Shown here one piece after another: positions 18,516 through 23,317 of a DNA stretch of 24,724 nt (position 1 is the stretch's first letter; every line of letters begins with the position of its first letter). The notes beneath the pieces were generated by a model, which did not search any database, was not told the DNA's origin, and saw nothing but the letters and a program-made list of their open reading frames with translations. Origin of the DNA: a virus. Its lineage: Duplodnaviria > Caudoviricetes. Position numbers and translations under genes: made by a program. The DNA lies in the IMG/VR virus record IMGVR_UViG_3300012348_000042, positions 1 to 24,724 of that record; one strand, 5' to 3'.

Positions 18516-18882
18516 CAATTATGTCCTCATCGCTAACACTGCTTACAGTGGGCGTATTCAAGCCTGTAATGTTGATGCTGATCTGAGGTGCTCCACCAGC
18601 TTGTTTAGCCGCATCGAACATAGACACAGGGAGGATACGATCAACAGCTAACTTCATAGCTGCCATCTGTCCGGGATGTCCGTCAGTCATGGCAATCTCT
18701 ACCATCTTGTCTAAGATACGACGACCGCCAGTAGCGAGCAATCGTTCCTTGAACTCTTGAAGTCTGGCAGCATCGCCAGCAGGACGACCTACCTTACCTT
18801 TGGTTCGATCCTTCACTGCTTGAAGGTCAGACTTAGGTGGCCTACCCTTACCTCGTAACTTAGGCTGTACTGTATCTGTCAT
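18508..18882 (-). CDS. terS: Terminase small subunit (probable)
   Basis: Immediately upstream of terL; basic GRPP/GRPA N-term, HPGQMAAMKL..DRILP, I.INITGL C-term. ATGA overlap at 18879-18882. Confidence 0.75.
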   Translation of the reverse strand: MTDTVQPKLRGKGRPPKSDLQAVKDRTKGKVGRPAGDAARLQEFKERLLATGGRRILDKMVEIAMTDGHPGQMAAMKLAVDRILPVSMFDAAKQAGGAPQISINITGLNTPTVSSVSDEDIIDV

Positions 18883-19148
18883 GCGCTTGCTTTCTTGCAC
18901 TCTTTGCAGTAGCTAGAGTAGCCAGAGTAGCTTTTCTTATCAGCGTAGAAGTCAAACAACTTCTTCTCTACACCGCACTTAGCACAAGACTTAACACCCT
19001 TGCTTAAAGACTCTTTAACAGCTTTCTGCTGTGCGTACCTACTCTTGTTATATTCCTCACGCTCATCCTGTGGTTTAGACAAATGATGTAAGTGTTCTGT
19101 TAAAACCTTAGTTTCTTGAACGTCATACAGACGTGGTGTGTTTTCCAT
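18879..19148 (-). CDS. Cys4 zinc-finger protein (HNH-associated type finger, no nuclease domain)
   Basis: KSCAKCGVEKKLFDFYADKKSYSGYSSYCKEC. Start ATG 19148 has AGAGGA SD; the longer track start at 19280 lacks support. Confidence 0.7.
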   Translation of the reverse strand: MENTPRLYDVQETKVLTEHLHHLSKPQDEREEYNKSRYAQQKAVKESLSKGVKSCAKCGVEKKLFDFYADKKSYSGYSSYCKECKKASA

Positions 19149-19266
19149 TTTGATTCCTCTTGAAAAGCTACAGGTGTTCAGACACACGCACCTGTAAACG
19201 TGTTTCAAGCCTATCACTAGGTGTCTTTTGTTTGGTAGACATACCTTAAGTATAGACACCCTGTTA

Positions 19267-19401
19267 GTTAGACAAAACATCTATGCTTACCGTGCTTCGC
19301 ACTTAAAGTACTTTAAAGGAACGTATAAGTTAAGAACTTACTAAGTTAAATATTATAAGTACTTGTTATAAGTAACTGTTAGTAGGTTAACTTATACATT
19401 C
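19267..19401 (-). other. AT-rich structured element, copy A (origin-like or ncRNA)
   Basis: 15-bp inverted repeat 19319-19333 / 19387-19401 flanks a core homologous to 22637-22675; GCGAAGC mini-hairpin at 19292-19302. Confidence 0.6.
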
Positions 19402-19481
19402 GTTGTATCAACTGTCCAGATTCCTGCTTAGCAACATAAGAGTCCATCACCTTCTTCGTCACTTCATAGTACAGTATAATA

Positions 19482-19509
19482 AGTATAGCATGCTTTTGTC
19501 GGAATGCAA
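19482..19509 (-). promoter_or_regulatory. sigma70-type promoter for the late/packaging arm
   Basis: TTGCAT-N16-TATACT on the minus strand, with A-rich upstream sequence. Confidence 0.6.
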
Positions 19510-19687
19510 GCTTTTTCTTCATTTTGTTACAATTATTTACATATGTTACTTTCTTAAGCCATCTACTTCTTACATTTACGACTATGCACTCGTAGGATTG
19601 TCTAGTCTACCTACTTTCCTTTACCGATCAACTACTTAGCGCTTTAAGGGCTGAGGCCTAATCTGTCCCTAATTAAGTCTATTTTGA

Positions 19688-19890
19688 CCTTTTTGTGAGC
19701 GTCAGCAGTGACGTTAGTCACGTAAGGCTCCATTTCCTTTTTTGTGAGCGTCAGAGGCTCCTGCAAAGTTAAACACTAAAGCCCTACCCCTCCCCCCCAT
19801 GACTTGATAGTCTGCAAAGTTACTAAGCAGTCACAATCCATACAGTCTAGTCAGTGACTAAGCAGTCTAGTAAGATACTAGTCAGTCACT
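19688..19890. repeat. Cluster of short direct repeats and a C-rich tract (candidate genome end/packaging region)
   Basis: TTTTTGTGAGCGTCAG x2, CTGCAAAGTTA x2, ACTAAGCAGTC x2, CTAGTCAGT x2; CCCTACCCCTCCCCCCC at 19782-19798. Confidence 0.7.
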
Positions 19891-19940
19891 TTGTCAACAC
19901 TATAGGTAGTGTCTGAACTGGGTAGTGTACGCTATAGGTA

Positions 19941-19974
19941 GTGTATGCCTGTACAGTACTGTATAGAAACACAG
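19941..19974. promoter_or_regulatory. Tandem LexA (SOS)-box-like sites
   Basis: CTGT-ATAGAAAC-ACAG (19959-19974, preceded by TA) and one-mismatch GTGT-ATGCCTGT-ACAG (19941-19956). Confidence 0.55.
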
Positions 19975-19996
19975 GTGTGAGAGGCAGTGTAGGTGC

Positions 19997-20045
19997 CTAC
20001 AACGTACACTACAACGTACACTACAACGTACACTTGAACGTCACA
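19997..20045 (+). repeat. 12-bp tandem repeat x3 plus a degenerate fourth unit
   Basis: CTACAACGTACA at 19997, 20009 and 20021, then CTTGAACGTCACA. Confidence 0.9.
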
Positions 20046-20126
20046 CATCAGAGACCCAGCAAAGGATCAAGGGATCAAAGAGTTGAGTCTGTTACAAACT
20101 GTTACACTTTAAAGGTCAACAAAGGG

Positions 20127-20154
20127 TTGACAAGTCACAGGATGGGTATATGAT
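20127..20154 (+). promoter_or_regulatory. sigma70 early promoter
   Basis: TTGACA-N16-TATGAT about 50 nt upstream of the first early ORF. Confidence 0.75.
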
Positions 20155-20204
20155 TCAACCATGCCAACGCAATAGTGCAAGGCAGCCACCAAGGAAACAT
20201 CATC

Positions 20205-20297
20205 ATGCACAAGATCATAGACACTATCACTGCCATCACTATCGGCCTTATGCTTACTGCATTGGCCTTGCATTACTTTGACGTCCTGGTCAAGTAA
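20205..20297 (+). CDS. 30-aa single-TM peptide, first early gene
   Basis: MHKIIDTITAITIGLMLTALALHYFDVLVK*; SD AAGGA at 20191-20195. Confidence 0.7.
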   Translation: MHKIIDTITAITIGLMLTALALHYFDVLVK

Positions 20298-20332
20298 GAT
20301 ACAATCAGTCAACACACACACGGGAGAATACA

Positions 20333-20533
20333 ATGAAAGCATGGACAATCAAGCAACTCTACGAAGCGCTTCAACATGATCTCACACTGTGCCATACTGC
20401 CTTTGAGCGCTCAATGGTCAAGGCCATTAGCGGCAAAGAGATCCGTGAGAAAGCTATCGAATGGGCAAAACAACGTAAACTGACACCTATGGAAGTAGCT
20501 ATCGCTCAAGAGTACGGCTATCAAGGGGAGTAA
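20333..20533 (+). CDS. Hypothetical early protein
   Basis: 66 aa, GGGAG SD, tight packing. Confidence 0.75.
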   Translation: MKAWTIKQLYEALQHDLTLCHTAFERSMVKAISGKEIREKAIEWAKQRKLTPMEVAIAQEYGYQGE

Positions 20534-20534
20534 C

Positions 20535-20759
20535 ATGAAGAGCATTGATGATCTGTATGCTCTCGCTCGAAGTGTAGGCGGCTCTGTGTATTCTCATGGA
20601 GACTACGGTCAACGACCTACAAAACTGCTCTTAGGTTTTGCAGAACTTGAGCGCCTTTTAGAGGGGTTTGAAGTAGAGAAACGCCAAGCCTACTTAGAGG
20701 GCGTGAAAAGTGGGATTGAAGCGTCAAAGGCTTATGGCTCAGAGGTTCTGGTTAAGTGA
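20535..20759 (+). CDS. Hypothetical early protein
   Basis: 74 aa, GGGGAG SD, starts 1 nt after the previous stop. Confidence 0.7.
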   Translation: MKSIDDLYALARSVGGSVYSHGDYGQRPTKLLLGFAELERLLEGFEVEKRQAYLEGVKSGIEASKAYGSEVLVK

Positions 20760-20762
20760 TTC

Positions 20763-20841
20763 CACCGTGTAAGGTTCTGACTATGTTAGAATCTTATGCA
20801 GTGCAATTAAGTGCACTAGATCCCGCCAGTGATGTACTGGC
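20763..20841 (+). other. Intergenic RNA hairpins (RNase III-site-like long stem)
   Basis: GTGTAAGGTTCTGAC-TAT-GTTAGAATCTTATGC pairs fully with G-U wobbles on the plus strand; then GTGCA/TGCAC and GCCAGT/ACTGGC hairpins. Confidence 0.6.
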
Positions 20842-20861
20842 ACACCTCAAGGACTTACACC

Positions 20862-21188
20862 ATGAAACAATCAATCAATTTCTCTCAGTTTGTCGATGCC
20901 TTCCGTGCTCATGATCGCTATGATTCCTTTGGTTATGCAGGCCTTCGGGTGATCTTTGACTATTTGGAAGACTACGAAGAACAATGCAACGAAGAAATAG
21001 AGCTTGACGTTATCGCCATTTGCTGCGACTACAACATAATGGACATCGAAGACATCGTTAAAGAATACCGGATTGATGTCTCTGATGTTGACGCTGACGA
21101 TTTGGAAGGGTTTGTATTGGAGTATCTGAACAACAACACTATGGTGTTGGGTCAGTGTGTTGATGGTGTTGTCTTCCAATGCTTTTAA
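20862..21188 (+). CDS. Highly acidic early protein (possible DNA mimic / anti-restriction)
   Basis: 108 aa from ATG 20862 (AAGGA SD); 25 D/E versus 6 K/R by hand count; IELDVIAICCDY motif. Confidence 0.7.
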   Translation: MKQSINFSQFVDAFRAHDRYDSFGYAGLRVIFDYLEDYEEQCNEEIELDVIAICCDYNIMDIEDIVKEYRIDVSDVDADDLEGFVLEYLNNNTMVLGQCVDGVVFQCF

Positions 21189-21198
21189 GGGGCCTGCC

Positions 21199-21489
21199 AT
21201 GAATGAAAATCTTATTACCTACACTAACCACGATGGGGTTAAGCAAACAATTAAGGGCTTGTCGTTATCCCAAGATAAGGTGGGCCGATATTGGCTTTGG
21301 CACGATAGCTTAGAACAAAACTTGGCATACAAAACTAAGACCCGCGAAGATACGCTGTTGGCTGCTTTAGATTCTGCCCTGTTCCTGCTGAGTCTCAAAC
21401 AAGAGCGAATCGATGAGCTATCCATTATGTGTGACAGGGTTCAAACCTTCATTGAAGCTATTAAAGGAGATCAAGATGAGTCGATATGA
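21199..21489 (+). CDS. Hypothetical early protein
   Basis: MNENLITY... start with AAGGGG SD; 96 aa. Confidence 0.7.
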   Translation: MNENLITYTNHDGVKQTIKGLSLSQDKVGRYWLWHDSLEQNLAYKTKTREDTLLAALDSALFLLSLKQERIDELSIMCDRVQTFIEAIKGDQDESI

Positions 21490-21670
21490 AGTCCAATTCA
21501 AATCATCAGGTATAGTAGCTTTCAGCGCCTCTGAACGGGGTATCTGTCAGCACTGGCTAGAATGTAACGACTATGAACCTGAAACGCCCTGCGTTGACCT
21601 TGATACTAACCTTGTTCGGTGGGTTAGGGGTGAGTGTCTAGGCTTGTTCGTCCTTAAGAAAGTAAACTGA
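21476..21670 (+). CDS. Hypothetical early protein
   Basis: MSRYEVQFK... start with AAGGAG SD; 64 aa. Confidence 0.7.
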   Translation: MSRYEVQFKSSGIVAFSASERGICQHWLECNDYEPETPCVDLDTNLVRWVRGECLGLFVLKKVN

Positions 21671-21672
21671 CT

Positions 21673-21774
21673 ATGTGGCCTTTCCCGTCCTTTCCCAACC
21701 CACTGGACAGCGGCCATAAGAAGCCTAAATTCAACCCTTCAAACCATGAAGATGCACCATTGTGCAAGGAGTAA
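21673..21774 (+). CDS. 33-aa Pro-rich peptide (MWPFP...EDAP)
   Basis: MWPFPSFPNPLDSGHKKPKFNPSNHEDAPLCKE*; fills the gap between neighbours exactly. Confidence 0.6.
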   Translation: MWPFPSFPNPLDSGHKKPKFNPSNHEDAPLCKE

Positions 21775-21780
21775 ACGAAG

Positions 21781-21951
21781 ATGAACATTCAAGCAATTAC
21801 ACACGCTTACCGTGACTATGGCGACCCTTACCCTATCGCATTAGAGGCCGAACGGCGTGCCTTTGCCGAGGGAAACATAGAATTATCACAATGCTATGCT
21901 TTTATTAGTGATCTATTGTTAGAGGTTGAAAGGTTGACACCTAATGACTAA
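21781..21951 (+). CDS. Hypothetical 56-aa early protein
   Basis: MNIQAITHAYRDYGDPYPIALEAERRAFAEGNIELSQCYAFISDLLLEVERLTPND*; AAGGAG SD. Confidence 0.7.
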   Translation: MNIQAITHAYRDYGDPYPIALEAERRAFAEGNIELSQCYAFISDLLLEVERLTPND

Positions 21952-22159
21952 GATTAAGCAATTCGCATACACGATCAGAGGCTTTGAGTTCTACGGTCTC
22001 TGTGAGGCGCAATCTATCGAGGCTTTGCCCTTGATCGTTACCTGCACCGACCTCTACCTCGAACACTTGCCGGGTGACCACGATGTAAAGAACATCGTTG
22101 ACTATCAGGTGATCTTGGACATCGAGGACATGGTTAGATTGGAGGCTGAAAATGCCTAA
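21944..22159 (+). CDS. Hypothetical early protein
   Basis: 71 aa, overlaps both neighbours by 8 nt. Confidence 0.65.
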   Translation: MTKIKQFAYTIRGFEFYGLCEAQSIEALPLIVTCTDLYLEHLPGDHDVKNIVDYQVILDIEDMVRLEAENA

Positions 22160-22241
22160 CTACCCTAACCACTGGCTAGTGCTGTCAGTAGTGCTTTTAG
22201 CTTATATGATCGCGGGATACTATGATTCAATACATTATTGA
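22152..22241 (+). CDS. 29-aa single-TM peptide
   Basis: MPNYPNHWLVLSVVLLAYMIAGYYDSIHY*; GGAGG SD at 22141-22145. Confidence 0.65.
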   Translation: MPNYPNHWLVLSVVLLAYMIAGYYDSIHY

Positions 22242-22341
22242 GCTTCTGCTACCTTCACGAAAGGCTCACCGAGGCCCTTTAAAGGCTCAGGAAGGCCCTC
22301 AACTCACCAAAGACATATCCAAGGAAGGATTTACATCATGA
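22222..22341 (+). CDS. Possible 39-aa peptide
   Basis: MIQYIIELLLPSRKAHRG...GFTS*; ATGA overlap with the next gene. Confidence 0.4.
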   Translation: MIQYIIELLLPSRKAHRGPLKAQEGPQLTKDISKEGFTS

Positions 22342-22583
22342 CACGCTGCGTTTGCTGCAATAAACAACTGAATGACTACGAATCAACACGTAGACACGCC
22401 ATCACCAATGAATTCTTAGACACCTGCAATCGGTGCATGAAGGACATCCCTAACATTCCGACCAAGGACAGACAGGACTTGCTGAAGGAAGCTGACTACG
22501 ATGACGATATGGACAGCGACTACATTGACGTAGAAGCCAAGGTTGTCACATCTTGTTACAATTTAGGGCTTGACAAGGATTGA
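22338..22583 (+). CDS. Small Cys4 zinc-binding protein
   Basis: RCVCCNK.LNDYESTRR....EFLDTCNRC with an acidic tail; AAGGA SD. Confidence 0.75.
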   Translation: MTRCVCCNKQLNDYESTRRHAITNEFLDTCNRCMKDIPNIPTKDRQDLLKEADYDDDMDSDYIDVEAKVVTSCYNLGLDKD

Positions 22584-22597
22584 ACTGCGGATATAAT
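22570..22597 (+). promoter_or_regulatory. Consensus sigma70 promoter for the replication genes
   Basis: TTGACA (22570-22575)-N16-TATAAT (22592-22597). Confidence 0.85.
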
Positions 22598-22612
22598 AAT
22601 ACTTAAGAGACT

Positions 22613-22768
22613 GAGACGTTGCTTCTATGCATTGATGTTAACCTACTATAAGTTACTTATACTAAGTACTTATAACATTAACGTATAAGCATTGATGTAA
22701 ACGTCTTAGGACTTTAAAGTAACATTAAAGTCTCTATGTAACATAGACAATGTTAGATTGTTGTCTAA
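22613..22768 (+). other. AT-rich structured element, copy B (origin-like or ncRNA)
   Basis: Nested stems AGACGTT/AACGTCT and TTGATGTTA/TAACATTAA surround the conserved core; GACTTTAA/TTAAAGTC and TAGACAA/TTGTCTA hairpins follow. Confidence 0.6.
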
Positions 22769-22800
22769 ATGTTACTAACTTTCAACAACTGGATGTTAAA

Positions 22801-22986
22801 ATGAATGATTTGTCTATCACCATGTACGAAGAACTTGATGCACAGGAGCAAGAACTTGTACGCTTTGAGTGCTGGTATCACTCTGTGATTGATGATATGG
22901 CTGGTCTTATACGTGCCAACGGCTATGAACAGGTCATGTATGACGTAATGTGTGCTGTGAAGCGAATGTCTGAGGATGAACAATGA
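22801..22986 (+). CDS. Hypothetical acidic protein
   Basis: MNDLSITMYEEL..., 61 aa; GGA SD upstream of 22801. Confidence 0.7.
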   Translation: MNDLSITMYEELDAQEQELVRFECWYHSVIDDMAGLIRANGYEQVMYDVMCAVKRMSEDEQ

Positions 22987-23039
22987 TTGTCTCACTGTTT
23001 GTGGGTGTCTTAACACTTTTAAAGGTGGTGCTTAAATGA
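22983..23039 (+). CDS. 18-aa hydrophobic peptide
   Basis: MIVSLFVGVLTLLKVVLK*; GAGGA SD; ATGA overlaps at both ends. Confidence 0.55.
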   Translation: MIVSLFVGVLTLLKVVLK

Positions 23040-23317
23040 GCAACAACAACCCGTATAGCTTGATCGTTAACGTTGAGAACGCTACCTGTGTTGTCGAGTT
23101 CGATGTTGATCGCTTTGGTGACATCAACTATGAGACATGGGAAGTGTTCTATCACAAGGACTTTAAGAGAGACGCTAAGAAGATCTTAAACAATGACCAA
23201 TGGACACTGGTCAATGACCTGATCCATGACAAGACATGGGAGTCCATTGAAGACCAGATTAAGGCACAATGGAAGGATGTAGAGGAACAACAGAGGGCTT
23301 ATGATGAGCAGTACTAG
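23036..23317 (+). CDS. Hypothetical protein
   Basis: 93 aa, AAGGTGG SD, overlaps the primase-helicase start. Confidence 0.7.
   Translation: MSNNNPYSLIVNVENATCVVEFDVDRFGDINYETWEVFYHKDFKRDAKKILNNDQWTLVNDLIHDKTWESIEDQIKAQWKDVEEQQRAYDEQY

Noticed and set aside
19997-20045. Possible mini-CRISPR array
   Set aside because: 12-bp units are directly adjacent with no spacers, and there are no cas genes.
19150-20200. tRNA or known self-cleaving ribozyme in the intergenic region
   Set aside because: No T-loop GTTCRA with a cloverleaf and no hammerhead CTGANGA/GAAA core found by eye; an Infernal scan would be needed to exclude others.
19403-20348. Track ORFs 19403-19639, 19941-20153 and 20109-20348
   Set aside because: No SD, and they cross promoters and repeats; the NVHY repeats merely translate the 12-bp DNA repeat.
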